DNA of 64,000 nucleotides from Candidatus Dormiibacterota bacterium (lineage in GTDB: Bacteria; Chloroflexota; Dormibacteria; Aeolococcales; Aeolococcaceae), in NCBI GenBank assembly GCA_963709585.1, contig CAVPXI010000005.1, forward strand, positions 136,183-200,182, read 5' to 3'. The notes beneath the pieces were generated by a model. It saw only the letters and a list, made by a program, of their open reading frames with translations, had not been told where the DNA came from and searched no databases. Below, in pieces: positions 1-10,957 of the stretch. How positions within the stretch are numbered: the first letter of the stretch is position 1; each line of letters opens with the position of its first letter. Position numbers and translations under genes: made by a program.

Positions 1-358
1 CGCGCCGGAAAACTTCCAGTTTGCGGTATCGGTCACCGTGCTGAGCACGGTGGTGCTCGGCGGCATCGGCAACATCGCCGGGGTGGCGGTGGGTGCGATA
101 CTCATCGCCTTTCTCATCAACTGGGTGCTGCCGTACATGACGGAGTGGACCACGACGCTCTCTCGTGTGACTGGCGCCACGCAGCTTGCAGGCGTTGACT
201 TTAGCCGCTACCAGTACATGTTCTACGGCTTGGTCCTCATCGGGATCATGCTGCTTCGACCGGCCGGGTTGCTGCCAAGTCGCGCTCGTAAGGTGGAGCT
301 GGTCGCGCCGTCGGAGTCGGAGACGGAATCGCTTGCTGCGTTACAGGGAAAGGCGTGA
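1..358 (+). CDS. livM: Branched-chain amino acid ABC transporter permease (5' truncated by window edge)
   Basis: Hydrophobic VVLGGIGN...GLVLIGIMLLRPAGL C-terminus; overlaps the following ATPase gene. Confidence 0.85.
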   Translation, partial: APENFQFAVSVTVLSTVVLGGIGNIAGVAVGAILIAFLINWVLPYMTEWTTTLSRVTGATQLAGVDFSRYQYMFYGLVLIGIMLLRPAGLLPSRARKVELVAPSESETESLAALQGKA

Positions 359-1137
359 GCGCGCTCCTGGAGATCGACGGCATCACCAAGGTTTTCGGCG
401 GCCTCAGCGCGGTCTCGAACGTGAGCTTCGAGGTGGAGGAGGGCGCGATCATCTCGATGATCGGACCGAATGGCGCAGGGAAAACGACGGCATTCAACTG
501 CATCACCGGACTCTACCCTCTGAGCAGCGGCAACATTCGTTTCAAGGGCAAGAAGATCGCCGGCATGCCCCCGCATCGCATCACGCGGCTCGGCATCACA
601 CGGACATTCCAGAACATTCGCCTCTTCTCCTTCATGACTGCGGTCGACAACGTGATGGTGGGCGAGCATTCCCGCATGCACGCCAAGGTCTGGGACGCGG
701 TCTTTCGAACGCCCAGCGAACGGCGTGAAGAGCGCGACGTCGAACAGCGGGCGCTCACCACGCTGCGCCGGCTGGGGATCGAGCGCTATGCCGATGCCTA
801 CGCGCGCAACCTTCCCTACGGCCTGCAGCGCCGCCTCGAGATCGCGCGCGCACTGGCCAGCGGCCCGAGTCTCCTCCTCCTCGACGAACCCGCCGCGGGA
901 CTCAATCAACGCGAGAAACGCGAGTTGATGGAGCTGATCGGCGAGCTCCGTGCAGGCGGCCTCACGATCTTTCTCATCGAGCACGACATGCGCGTGGTCA
1001 TGGGGATCAGCGACCGGATCGTGGTCCTGGATCATGGCGAGAAGATCGCCGAGGGTCCCCCGCAGGCGGTGCGCGAGAATCCCCGCGTCATCGAGGCGTA
1101 CCTCGGAAGCGGAGCGAGTGAGATGCAGGTCTCATGA
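355..1137 (+). CDS. livG: Branched-chain amino acid ABC ATPase
   Basis: Walker A GPNGAGKT, LPYG signature, LLLLDEP, C-terminal VIEAYLG. Confidence 0.93.
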   Translation: MSALLEIDGITKVFGGLSAVSNVSFEVEEGAIISMIGPNGAGKTTAFNCITGLYPLSSGNIRFKGKKIAGMPPHRITRLGITRTFQNIRLFSFMTAVDNVMVGEHSRMHAKVWDAVFRTPSERREERDVEQRALTTLRRLGIERYADAYARNLPYGLQRRLEIARALASGPSLLLLDEPAAGLNQREKRELMELIGELRAGGLTIFLIEHDMRVVMGISDRIVVLDHGEKIAEGPPQAVRENPRVIEAYLGSGASEMQVS

Positions 1138-1898
1138 CAGTGACCGCAACGCCGCCGGCGCACGAGAACGTCGGTCCGGCTTCGGCTGAACCGCTCCTCG
1201 AGCTGCGCGATCTCGACGTTTTCTACGGCCGTGTCCAGGTGCTGCACGGTGTGTCCCTCACCGTGGGCCAGGGCGAGATCGTGGCGCTCATCGGCAGCAA
1301 CGGCGCGGGGAAGACAACAACTCTGCGCACCATCAGCGGCCTGGTGCGCCCTGCGAAGGGCGAGGTGCGGCTCCGCGGCGCGCCGGTCCACACGCTGGGC
1401 GCCGAGCAGATAGCACGCCTCGGCGTGGCGCACGCTCCCGAGGGCCGCCGGCTCTTCTCGCGGATGACAGTTCGCGAGAACCTCGAGATGGGCGCTTACA
1501 GCAGGCGCGACAGACCAGGCATCCGCGAGGACATGGATCGCGTATTCAATCTCTTCCCCCGCCTCAGCGAACGGTCGACCCAGCTGTCCGGCAGCCTGAG
1601 CGGGGGCGAGCAGCAGATGGTGGCCATCGGGAGGGCGCTGATGGGCCGGCCCTCGATCCTGTTGCTCGACGAGCCGTCGCTCGGTCTTGCCCCAGTGCTG
1701 GTCGACGCCATCTTCGAGGTGATCCGTGAGGTGAGCGCTAACGGGACAACGATCCTGCTCATCGAGCAGAACGCCCTGCTCGCACTCAAGACCGCAAGCC
1801 GCGGTTATGTGCTCGAAACGGGGAACGTCGTGCTCTCGGGTCCATCGTCGGAGCTCATTGCGTCGCCCGATATCCAAAGAGCCTATCTCGGTATGTAA
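1134..1898 (+). CDS. livF: Branched-chain amino acid ABC ATPase
   Basis: GSNGAGKT, PEGRRLF, LSGGEQQM, DEPSLGLAP, AYLG. Confidence 0.93.
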   Translation: MTVTATPPAHENVGPASAEPLLELRDLDVFYGRVQVLHGVSLTVGQGEIVALIGSNGAGKTTTLRTISGLVRPAKGEVRLRGAPVHTLGAEQIARLGVAHAPEGRRLFSRMTVRENLEMGAYSRRDRPGIREDMDRVFNLFPRLSERSTQLSGSLSGGEQQMVAIGRALMGRPSILLLDEPSLGLAPVLVDAIFEVIREVSANGTTILLIEQNALLALKTASRGYVLETGNVVLSGPSSELIASPDIQRAYLGM

Positions 1899-1948
1899 TC
1901 CTCTCTGGAGGGAAACCAACCAGACTTGGTTGACGTCAGAGGGAAGTG

Positions 1949-2720
1949 ATGCCATCGATCGGCGAGACGACGCCGGCTTCCGGAGGTCCGAGCACCAGCC
2001 TCGACTCGTTGACGCCTCCGCCCGAAGAGACGCCAACCCGCGATTTCGTGGGATGGACCGCGCAGCCGGAACTTCGGAACAGCCGGCGGCTTTCGGTCGA
2101 GGTCACGCGCAAGGTATTGGCCACGGCGCTCGGGCTCGAGCCCGAGGTGCTCGCACACCTCGACGCCGCTCAGCTCCGAACAGCGCTCGACCGTCTCCGT
2201 GCTATGGCCGCGTACACCCACAAGCTCGCCGAGGTCGCTGCCACCGACGACCTCACCGGCGCGCTCCGGCGGAGTGCGGGACTTGCCGCCCTGCAGCGCG
2301 AGATCGACCGGTCCCGCCGCGTCGGCGGCAAGGGCATCGCGGTCATCTTCCTCGACGTCGACCGCCTCAAGCACGTGAACGACACCGAGGGTCACGCGGC
2401 CGGAGACCATGTTCTCGTCGAGGCCGTCGCCGCGATCCGCAAACGGGTTCGCTCGTACGACCTGGTCATCCGCTACGGTGGCGACGAGTTCCTGTGCGCC
2501 CTCGTCGACGTGGACCCCGCAGACGCCGAGAGCACGCTGGCTGACATCCGCCTCCAGTACACCGCGACGACCGGCCATTCCGTGAGCGTTGGTATGACCA
2601 CCGTCGGCGACGCGGACACCGCTGAACTCGGTGATCGCGAGGGCCGACGCAGCCCTGTATGCGGAACGGCGCAAACTCGAACGGCAAAGTCCGAGCCCCG
2701 CCGATCCAACACATTCCTGA
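1949..2720 (+). CDS. GGDEF diguanylate cyclase (apparent +1 frameshift at about 2626)
   Basis: DDLTG, FLDVDRLKHVND, RSYD I-site, GGDEF; removing one A at GAACTC (2624-2629) restores the typical ARADAALY end and a stop at 2718-2720. Confidence 0.85.
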
Positions 2721-2789
2721 GAGCCTGCCGCGCCAGGATTCGAGCCCCGAACTCGCGGGTACCATGGCCTTCAGTAAGGAGCTTGAACG

Positions 2790-3017
2790 ATGGCGATAGA
2801 CGTGGTCGGCAAGCTGGCGAGAGTGACTGCCGACATTACCCCGGGACATCTCGGCGAGGTGCTCATCGAGGTCCGCGCGGGCACCGAACGCTTCCTTGCG
2901 TGCGCCTCGGACAAGGCAGCGACGATCACAAAGCATTCCCAGGTCCTTGTGGTGGGTAGCCTGGGCGGTCGCACCGTTGAGGTGGCGCCGACAGACACCA
3001 TGAGGTTGCCACGATGA
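2790..3017 (+). CDS. NfeD-like C-terminal OB-fold protein
   Basis: 75 aa, GEVLIEVRAG, AAGGAG SD, ATGA overlap with the flotillin gene. Confidence 0.7.
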   Translation: MAIDVVGKLARVTADITPGHLGEVLIEVRAGTERFLACASDKAATITKHSQVLVVGSLGGRTVEVAPTDTMRLPR

Positions 3018-4588
3018 CAACGCTGGCCTACGTGATCTTGGGGATCATCATCGGCGGGCTGCTGGTGTTGGTGCTGCTGTTTCGCGCAGCCTGGCGCGTC
3101 GCCGAGCCGGACGAAGCGCTGATCATCTCGGGCTTCCGCACCAGCGAGCGTCCCGGCGGTGTGGGCGAGAGCATGGGATTCCGCATCGTCACCGGGCGTG
3201 GATGCCTGGTCGCTCCCGGCATCACCAGGGTGCGCCGCCTCTCCCTCGAAGCTCATGAGAGCGAGATCGGGGTTCCGTGCGTGTCGCAGCAGAAGATCCG
3301 CGTCGACCTGCGCGGCGTGATCGTCTACAAGGTCGGCGACGACTACCGGTCGATCGCCAACGCGGCCCGTCGCTTCCTCGACCGGCCCGCGCAGGAGCTC
3401 GAGACCAAGGTGCAGAACGTGTTCGTCGGCCATCTGCGCGCGATCGCCGGCTCCATGACCGTCGAGGACATGATCAGCGACCAGGACAAGTTCGCCCAGC
3501 AGGTGCGCGATCGCTGCTCGCAGGAGATGGAGTCCTTCGGGCTGGTCATCGACAGCTTCCAGATTCAGTCGATCACGAGTCCCTCGAACTACATCGAGAA
3601 CCTCGCAGCGCCACACCAGGCCGAGGTGGAGCAGAACGCTCGGATCGCGCGTGCCAATGCCGAGCGGGCGGCGGTCAGCCAGGAGCAGATCGCCCAGGCG
3701 CAGATGGCCGAGTCTCAGCGCGACACCAACATCAAGAAGGCCGGCTACCAGGCGGAGGTCGACACCGCCACCCAGCTCGCTGGTCAGCAGGGGCCGCTGT
3801 CCGAGGCCAAGGCGCACCAGGCGGTGGTCTCCGAACAGACGCGCGTCGCCGAGTTGCAGGCGGAGCAGAAGGAGCAGCAGCTCCAGGTCGATGTCCGCCG
3901 TCCTGCCGACGCCGAGGCGTACCGCCAGACCACGCTCGCGGCCGCGGGACGCGACGTGCGCATCCGTCAGGCCGAGGCTGAAGCGCAGGAGACCCGCCTC
4001 CGCGCCGAGGCTGTCGCCACGCAGACCAAGGTCCAGGCGGAGGCGTTGGCCGCCGCGCTCAAGATGCAGGCGACCGCCCAGGCAGAGGCGACCCGGCTCA
4101 CCGGTCAGGCCGAGGCTGACGCTATCAAGGCCAGGGGACTCGCCGAGGCGGACGCCGTCCGCGCCCGCATGGAGGCCGAGGCCGCCGGGATCGAGCGGAG
4201 AGCCGCGGCGCTGAGCCAGAACCAGGAGGCGGTCATCGCCCAGCAGATCGCCGAGAAGCTGCCCGAGATCGTTGCCGCGGCGGCCGCGCCCTTCGAGCAC
4301 GTCGATCAATTCACCGTGCTCAACGGCGCTCAGGGCGTGACCGGCGCGCTTGCCGAGATCATCCAGCAGGCGGGAGCGCTCACCGGCCTGGCACGGCAGT
4401 CATTGCTCCCCGCGATCACGAAGGCCGCGTCTGCAGCGCCGGACACGCAGCACCTCAACGGTGCCGCTAACCGCACCGGGTACGAGAACGGCGACCGCAA
4501 CGGGCGGCGCAAGCGGCAGATTCCTGTCACGATCACCGACCCGGCGTCCGCCGGGACGGACGGCAGCGAGGAGCACGTGACCCAGTGA
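3014..4588 (+). CDS. Flotillin/SPFH family protein
   Basis: N-terminal TM helix, PDEALIISG, GHLRAI, long AEA-rich coiled coil. Confidence 0.92.
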   Translation: MTTLAYVILGIIIGGLLVLVLLFRAAWRVAEPDEALIISGFRTSERPGGVGESMGFRIVTGRGCLVAPGITRVRRLSLEAHESEIGVPCVSQQKIRVDLRGVIVYKVGDDYRSIANAARRFLDRPAQELETKVQNVFVGHLRAIAGSMTVEDMISDQDKFAQQVRDRCSQEMESFGLVIDSFQIQSITSPSNYIENLAAPHQAEVEQNARIARANAERAAVSQEQIAQAQMAESQRDTNIKKAGYQAEVDTATQLAGQQGPLSEAKAHQAVVSEQTRVAELQAEQKEQQLQVDVRRPADAEAYRQTTLAAAGRDVRIRQAEAEAQETRLRAEAVATQTKVQAEALAAALKMQATAQAEATRLTGQAEADAIKARGLAEADAVRARMEAEAAGIERRAAALSQNQEAVIAQQIAEKLPEIVAAAAAPFEHVDQFTVLNGAQGVTGALAEIIQQAGALTGLARQSLLPAITKAASAAPDTQHLNGAANRTGYENGDRNGRRKRQIPVTITDPASAGTDGSEEHVTQ

Positions 4589-5788
4589 CCGCAGACCTTC
4601 CCGAGCTCTCCCTCTCGGCGCCTGACGCCGCCACGACGGTGGCACCCGCCGAGGCCGAGCGCGAGGTGACCATCGCCCCGGAAGCAGCCAAACGGATCGA
4701 CGACCTGGTGGCCACGTTCGTGGGAGGCCTCCGATCGATCGACGTCCACGGCGACGACTACCGCAGACGCGTCGACGATATCGACACCCTCGCCGACCGC
4801 GAGATCAGGTCGACCTCCGATATGAGCAACCGCCTGCTCGACCGTCCGACCCGAGCGATGCGTGGGCTCGGCCAGAACGACGCGCCGATCGCCAAGAGCC
4901 TTCTCGATCTGCGTCGATCCGTCGAGGAGCTCAACCCGGCAAAGCACGATCTCACCCAGGGTGGTCCCCGGAAGCTCCTCGGCGTCGTCCCGTTCGGGGA
5001 CCGCGTTCGTGCGTACTTCGCGAAATACCAGCGGTCGCAGAGCCACATCGAGGGCATCGTCGGCGCGCTGCGCGAAGGTGGCTCGGAGCTCGAGAAGGAC
5101 AATGCCGCGATCGGCCAGGAGCAGAAGGCGCTCTGGACGCAGATGGAGACCCTCCGCCAGTACACGTACATGGCCGAGAAGCTCGACACCGGCCTCGAGG
5201 CGCAGATCAACCACGTGGCCATCGGCGATCCGGAGCGTGGCAGGGTTCTCCAGGAGGACATCCTCTACCCCGTCCGTCGACGCCGCCAGGAGATCCTCAC
5301 CCAGCTCGCTGTCGCCGTCCAGGGGTACGCGGCGCTCCGTGTCGTCGAGGTCAACAACCGCGAGCTCATTCGGGCGGTTCGAACCGCAACCACCACCACG
5401 GTCGCCGCGCTTCGAACCGCGGTCATGGTCGCGCAGGCCCTCACCAACCAGAAACTGGTCAGCGAGCAGGTCAAGGCAGTGAACGAGACGACCAGCGCGA
5501 TGATCGAGAGCACCTCCTCGGTGCTTCGCGAACAGACAGCCACGGTGGAGAACTCAGGCAGCGAGCCCAGGGCTCGACATGGGCTCGCTGCAGCGCGCCT
5601 GGGACAACGTCTTCGCGGCCCTCGATCAGATCGACACCTACAAGTTGCGCGCTCTCGAGGCGATGAAGATCACGGTTCGTGACCTGTCCGACCAGGTCGA
5701 GAAGTCACACGCCCAGGTGGAGCGCCTCCATTCCGCCGACGCGACGGCGCCACGGGTCGCGACCGGGCAGAGCCTCCGCCTCTCCTGA
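4585..5788 (+). CDS. Toxic anion resistance protein TelA family (apparent frameshift at about 5552)
   Basis: KLLGVVPFG..YFAKYQ..QSHI, TTTVAALRTAVMVAQAL; removing one A at 5550-5555 joins it to ORF 5579..5788. Confidence 0.85.
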
Positions 5789-5805
5789 CCCACGCTGGGC
5801 GCCGC

Positions 5806-6667
5806 TCAGAAGTGAGCGGTGTTGCTCCAGATCGCCCCGACAATCGCGGCGATGACGAACACCGCGTATTCGACAACGAGCCCTCGGTGTCGTCGCGGCG
5901 TGCCCAGGGCGCCGGCGACACCGCGAGCGCCGTACCAGAGGACCAGCAGGATCGCCGCCCGCAACCCCGTGTGAGCATTGTTCGCCCCGACGATGGCGGC
6001 GCCTCCGATCACGATGGCGGCAACCACGAGAGCACAGAGAATCGTCGACGGAATCGAGAGGCGCTCGGTTCGGAGCCCGTCGAGGCTCACCAGGAACACG
6101 ACGGCGAACACCGCGGCGAGGCGGAGACGCAGCGGCAGGGTGGGTGACACCCCGCCGAGCAGGACCGGCGCCAGAACGGCAATGCCCGAGGCGTCCCTGA
6201 CCAGGCGGATGAACCAACCCTCCTTGCCCAGCGCGCGCCGGCCCGCCAGCTGTGGGACGCCGCCGATGACGACTGCGGCGATGACGCCGCCTCCGATCCG
6301 GATCGGCAGCGGCAGCACCGCGATCGCAAGCAGGGTCCCGAAGGAGAGGACCGCCGCCATCGGCAGCGCGATTCCGACCGGCCCAGGCCGCGAGTTCGGA
6401 CGGATAGATCAGAAAGTCGTAGGCGACCAGGATCAGGCCGGTGAGGATGGCCAGGCCCGTATCGGCCGCGGCACTCCGATACAGACCGACCGCCTCGGGT
6501 CGCAGCAGCACCTCGGCAGCGGCGATCGCGAGCCCGAAGGCCGTGTGCACCATGGGGAGCGGGATCTCCGCGAGCACCCGAACCTCGCCGGTGATGCCCA
6601 GGGCGCTCCTCGCCTGGTCGGCGAGATAGCCGTGACCGCGACGGCGAAAACCTGTTCGATTATCCAC
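5806..6667 (-). CDS. Multi-pass membrane protein, unknown function (apparent frameshift at about 6394)
   Basis: Two hydrophobic ORF halves join as IYPSDSRPGPVGIALPMAAV after removing one base at GAGTTC 6392-6397. Confidence 0.65.
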
Positions 6668-6692
6668 GTCGACCTGTGGAAACGGTGGACAA
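6660..6692. promoter_or_regulatory. Cluster of three DnaA-box-like 9-mers
   Basis: TTATCCACG 6660-6668, TGTGGAAAC 6675-6683, GGTGGACAA 6684-6692. Confidence 0.4.
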
Positions 6693-6709
6693 CTCGGCAG
6701 GATCCGACT

Positions 6710-7111
6710 TCACGGAGCCGAGGTGCCGGCCCGTCCGTAGCTGTCCTCGAGGCGCACGACGTCGTCGATCTCCGGGGATGACACCTCGAAAAGATCGGTG
6801 TCCTCGACCGCGATGAATCGATGCCTGCGACCCGGGCGGATGTGCGCGCTCATCCCCGCGGTCACGCGGTGGGTCTCGATCTCGCCGTTGTCGCTCTCGA
6901 GTTGGAGGTCCATCACGCCCGCGACGACGTGAATCGACTCCTCCTTCTGGACGTGGTACTGGAGGCTCAGCCGGTGACCACGCTCGACGTGGATCAGCTT
7001 CCCCGCGTACCGCTCGGTGACCGCCCAGCGCACCTCGTAGCCCCAGGGCTTGTCGACTCGCCCCGACCCCTCGGCGCTGATCGGACCGAGCGCGGCCGCG
7101 ACCTTGGTCAT
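6710..7111 (-). CDS. Cupin, type II mannose-6-phosphate isomerase-like
   Basis: KPWG, RLSLQYH..KEE, DDVVRLEDSYGR; ATGA overlap with the PMM stop. Confidence 0.85.
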   Translation of the reverse strand: MTKVAAALGPISAEGSGRVDKPWGYEVRWAVTERYAGKLIHVERGHRLSLQYHVQKEESIHVVAGVMDLQLESDNGEIETHRVTAGMSAHIRPGRRHRFIAVEDTDLFEVSSPEIDDVVRLEDSYGRAGTSAP

Positions 7112-8565
7112 TCCGATGCGCCCACGGCGATGCGAGCATTGACCCCACTCTGATTCTCGAGTGCCGAGATCAGCTGCTCGACGCGCTCTTGGGTCGCCGC
7201 CTCGGCGTACACGCGCATCAACGGCTCGGTGCCGCTCATGCGCATCAGCACCCACGAACCGTCGTCCAGGTAGAACTTGTACCCGTCGTCGGTACGGGTT
7301 CGGACCACCTTGCTCCCGGCGAGGTTGTCGGGCTGGTTCTGTTGCATGCGCGCGTAGATCTGCTCCTTCCGTTCCTCGTAGCCGTCTCGCGGAAAGCGAA
7401 TGTCGTGGCGGTCGTATGCGTGCGGGCCGACCAGCTCCTCGAGGTGGGCGAGGATGGCGGAGAGCGGCTGACCGTAGTCCACGATCATCGCCGCCATCAT
7501 CAGCCCGGACAGGATCCCGTCGCGCTCGGGGATGTGACCCCGGAACGCGTAGCCACCAGATTCCTCGCCGCCGAGGATTGCGTCCGTCTCCATCATCTTG
7601 GTGCCGATGTACTTGAAGCCGACCGGCATCTCGTGCACGGTCACACCGAACCGCTTGCCCAGCGCGTCCAGCATGCCCGACGTCGTGACCGAGCGAACAA
7701 TGTCGCCGCGAAGCCCGCGCTTCTCGAGCAGGTACATCGCGAACAGCGCCATCACCTGGAGTTGATTGATGTAGCAGCCGGTCTCGTCGATGATGCCGAC
7801 GCGATCTGCGTCACCGTCATTGGCGATTCCAAGATCGAAGCCACCCGACCGCATCCGCTCCATCGCCTCCGGCATGTAGCGATCGATGGGCTCGGGATGC
7901 ATGCCGCCGAACCCCGGATTGCGCTCGCCGTGCAACTCCAGGACGGTGGTGGATCCTCCGCCGAGCGCGCGAGCGATGAGGCCCATGCCGGCGCCGTACA
8001 TGGCTTCGTGGAGCACGCGCAGGCCGTGTCCGCGCAGCCTGTCGAGATCGACCATCCTGCTCAGCTGCAGGAGGAAATCCGGGAGCGGATCCAGGGTTTT
8101 CAACCTGCCGGTGGCAGCGGCTTCGTCGTAGGGCATCTCGGTGACGCCCGCCTCGAGGGCTTCCGCGGTATGGCGCTCGATCTCGGCAACGATCTCGGGA
8201 GGCGCCGAGCCCCCGAAGTCCGGCTTGTACTTGATCCCGTTGAACTCCGCCGAGTTATGGCTCGCGGTCACGACGATGCCACCCGCAGCGTGCTGCTGGG
8301 TGATGGCCCACGACACCGCCGGCGTCGGGGTCACCCGGTCGAGCAGGATGACCTGCAGCCCGTTCGCGACCAGGACTCGAGCGACCTCGCGGGCGAAGAG
8401 CTCCGCGCAATACCGCGAGTCATGTCCCACGACCACAGGGCGAGATTCGCTGCCAAGGTATGCCGCGACACCCTGAGCAACGGCGCGCACGTTCGCATAG
8501 GTGAAGTCATCCGCGACCACGGCTCGCCATCCGTCGGTCCCGAACCTGATCGGGCTCGGCTTCAT
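7108..8565 (-). CDS. Phosphoglucomutase/phosphomannomutase
   Basis: IRFGTDGWR, TASHN, DGDADR, GGEESGG, RMSGTEP. Confidence 0.95.
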   Translation of the reverse strand: MKPSPIRFGTDGWRAVVADDFTYANVRAVAQGVAAYLGSESRPVVVGHDSRYCAELFAREVARVLVANGLQVILLDRVTPTPAVSWAITQQHAAGGIVVTASHNSAEFNGIKYKPDFGGSAPPEIVAEIERHTAEALEAGVTEMPYDEAAATGRLKTLDPLPDFLLQLSRMVDLDRLRGHGLRVLHEAMYGAGMGLIARALGGGSTTVLELHGERNPGFGGMHPEPIDRYMPEAMERMRSGGFDLGIANDGDADRVGIIDETGCYINQLQVMALFAMYLLEKRGLRGDIVRSVTTSGMLDALGKRFGVTVHEMPVGFKYIGTKMMETDAILGGEESGGYAFRGHIPERDGILSGLMMAAMIVDYGQPLSAILAHLEELVGPHAYDRHDIRFPRDGYEERKEQIYARMQQNQPDNLAGSKVVRTRTDDGYKFYLDDGSWVLMRMSGTEPLMRVYAEAATQERVEQLISALENQSGVNARIAVGASE

Positions 8566-8606
8566 CGCCATCATTCTATGCGCACCAGTGCGCCCTTCTC
8601 GCAGGG

Positions 8607-9746
8607 CTAAAGGAGTTCGTCGCGCCCCGAGGCATCGAGCTGATCGACGATCGCTTTGACCAGCTGCGATCGCTCCGATGGGACGACCAGCACGGCGTCG
8701 GGCGTGTCGATCACGACGAGGCCGTCGACACCGGCGACCGCGACGATCCGCCCGGAGCGCGACACGACGGTGCACCGATGCGCCGAGGTCGTGATCACGT
8801 CCCCTTCGACGACGTTGCCGTCGTTGTCGACGTCGCCGTCCGCCGCGCGGGACTGGCCGACGTCGAGCCACGAGCCCAGGTCGGACCAGCCGAACGATGC
8901 CTGGACGACGGTGAGCCGGTGCGTCCGCTCGAGGACGAGGGGCTCGACCGGTCGCAGTGGCAGTGCCGCGTAGACGCGCGTGGCCAGGTCGTCGTCGCCG
9001 ACCAGGCGCGCGTCGACGACCCTGTCGATGGTTGCCGCGAGCTCTGGGTCCGCGGCCTCAAGCTCAGCCCGGAAGCGGCGCGCCGTCCACGAGAAGAGCC
9101 CGAGATTCCAGAGGTGCCGCCCATCGGCGACGTAGCGCTGCGCAACCTCCGCCGAGGGCTTCTCCTTGAATCCCGCGGACTCGAACGCCAGGAGCGCGCC
9201 CGCCGCCGCAGCGATCTCCGCCAGGGTTCCCACCGGGGGGCGCCAGGCCCCCGGGTCTTTCGCGGAGGCTACCTCGATGTATCCGAATCCGGTGACCGGG
9301 GCCGCCGGGACGAGCCCGACCGTGGCCAGACCGTCAGTCGCGGCTGCCCACCCGGCGGATGCAATCACCGCGGCACGGTAGGCGTCGCGATCGCTGACGC
9401 GATGATCGGCGTGGACACTCGCTATCAGCGCGCCCGGATCCTCGCGCTCGATCAGCCCGACGGCGAGGGCAAGCGCCGGGCCCGTCCCACGAGCTTCCGG
9501 CTCCTCGATGATCATGTCGTCGGCAAGGCCGAGCCCGACCAGGGCGGTTCGGCACCCCTCCGCCTGGTTGGCCGCGGTGACCACGCGAACGCTCTCGCCG
9601 AGACCGATGACCCGCTCCACGGTCGATCGGAGCAAGGTCTCGCCGCCCGGGGCGAGGGGCAGCAGGTGTTTCGGGGTCGACCTGCGACTCAGCGGCCACA
9701 GGCGAGTCCCACTGCCACCTGCCAGCACGAGGATGTGCAAGCCCAC
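8607..9746 (-). CDS. manC: Mannose-1-phosphate guanylyltransferase
   Basis: ILVLAGGSGTRLWPLSR..PK, FKEKP, WSDLGSW; start inferred at GTG 9746. Confidence 0.9.
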   Translation of the reverse strand: MGLHILVLAGGSGTRLWPLSRRSTPKHLLPLAPGGETLLRSTVERVIGLGESVRVVTAANQAEGCRTALVGLGLADDMIIEEPEARGTGPALALAVGLIEREDPGALIASVHADHRVSDRDAYRAAVIASAGWAAATDGLATVGLVPAAPVTGFGYIEVASAKDPGAWRPPVGTLAEIAAAAGALLAFESAGFKEKPSAEVAQRYVADGRHLWNLGLFSWTARRFRAELEAADPELAATIDRVVDARLVGDDDLATRVYAALPLRPVEPLVLERTHRLTVVQASFGWSDLGSWLDVGQSRAADGDVDNDGNVVEGDVITTSAHRCTVVSRSGRIVAVAGVDGLVVIDTPDAVLVVPSERSQLVKAIVDQLDASGRDELL

Positions 9747-9772
9747 GCGCTGCTGCCTCGCCTCCGCCGAAA

Positions 9773-10957
9773 CTAGGCGGTGGCGGCCGCAACGAGGAGT
9801 GGCTCGGTGCCGGCATCCTCCGCCCATTGCTCGGCGAGGGTGGTGCGCTCCCATGGAAGGTCGAGATCGCTCCGGCCGAAGTGGCCGTAGGCGGCGACCT
9901 GGCGGTAGATGGGACGGCGCAGTTCGAGGGCGCTCATGATCCCGAAGGGCGAAAGATCGATGTACTCATCAATGAGTGACGCGATCATGTCGGTCGGGAC
10001 CTTCTCCGTCCCGAAGGTCTCGACGAGTACCGAGACAGGCTTGGCAACGCCGATCGCGTAGGCGACCTGGATCTCGCATTTGGTCGCGAGCCCGGCCGCG
10101 ACGGCGTTCTTGGCCGCCCACCGCGCCCCGTAGGCTGCGCTGCGATCGACCTTCGAGGGATCCTTCCCGCTGAACGCCCCTCCGCCGTGGCGTGCGTATC
10201 CGCCATAGGTGTCGACGATGATCTTGCGACCGGTGAGCCCCGCGTCCGCCTGGGGGCCGCCGATAACGAAGCGTCCGGTCGGGTTCACGTAGCGCTTGGT
10301 GTTGGTATCGAGCCACTCAGCGGGGATGACCTTTCCGACCACGTGGTGCTGGACGTCCTCGAAGATCTGCTCCTGGGTCACCTCCTCGCCGTGCTGCACG
10401 CTCACCAGGACCGTGTCGACCCGCCGCGGGCGGCCGTCGCCGTCGTATTCGATGGTCACCTGGGTCTTGCCGTCGGGCCGAGCCCAGCGCAGCGTCCCGT
10501 CGCGACGCAGGACCGCAAGCTGCCTGGCGAGCTGGTGGGCCATCTGAATCGGCGCCGGCATCAGCTCCGGGGTCTCGTCACACGCGAAGCCGAACATCAT
10601 CCCCTGGTCGCCGGCGCCACCATGGTTGACACCCTGTGAGATGTCGGGCGATTGCTCGTCGATGCCGACCAGCACTCCGCACGTCTCCCAGTCGATGCCG
10701 TATTTCGCGCGGGTATAGCCGATCTCCTTGATCGTCTGGCGAACCAGACCGGCGATATCGACGTAGGCCTCGGTGGTGATCTCGCCGAATACCAGGACGG
10801 TCCCGGTGCTCAGCGCGGTCTCGCACGCAACCCGGCCGAGCGGGTCCTTGCTGAGCACCGCGTCCAGAACCGCGTCACTGATCTGGTCTGCGACCTTGTC
10901 GGGATGTCCCTCGGTGACCGACTCGGAGGTGAAAAGGCGATGGCGCACTGCGGGCAT
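9773..10957 (-). CDS. metK: S-adenosylmethionine synthetase
   Basis: [28 protein letters not shown]. Confidence 0.98.
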   Translation of the reverse strand: MPAVRHRLFTSESVTEGHPDKVADQISDAVLDAVLSKDPLGRVACETALSTGTVLVFGEITTEAYVDIAGLVRQTIKEIGYTRAKYGIDWETCGVLVGIDEQSPDISQGVNHGGAGDQGMMFGFACDETPELMPAPIQMAHQLARQLAVLRRDGTLRWARPDGKTQVTIEYDGDGRPRRVDTVLVSVQHGEEVTQEQIFEDVQHHVVGKVIPAEWLDTNTKRYVNPTGRFVIGGPQADAGLTGRKIIVDTYGGYARHGGGAFSGKDPSKVDRSAAYGARWAAKNAVAAGLATKCEIQVAYAIGVAKPVSVLVETFGTEKVPTDMIASLIDEYIDLSPFGIMSALELRRPIYRQVAAYGHFGRSDLDLPWERTTLAEQWAEDAGTEPLLVAAATA

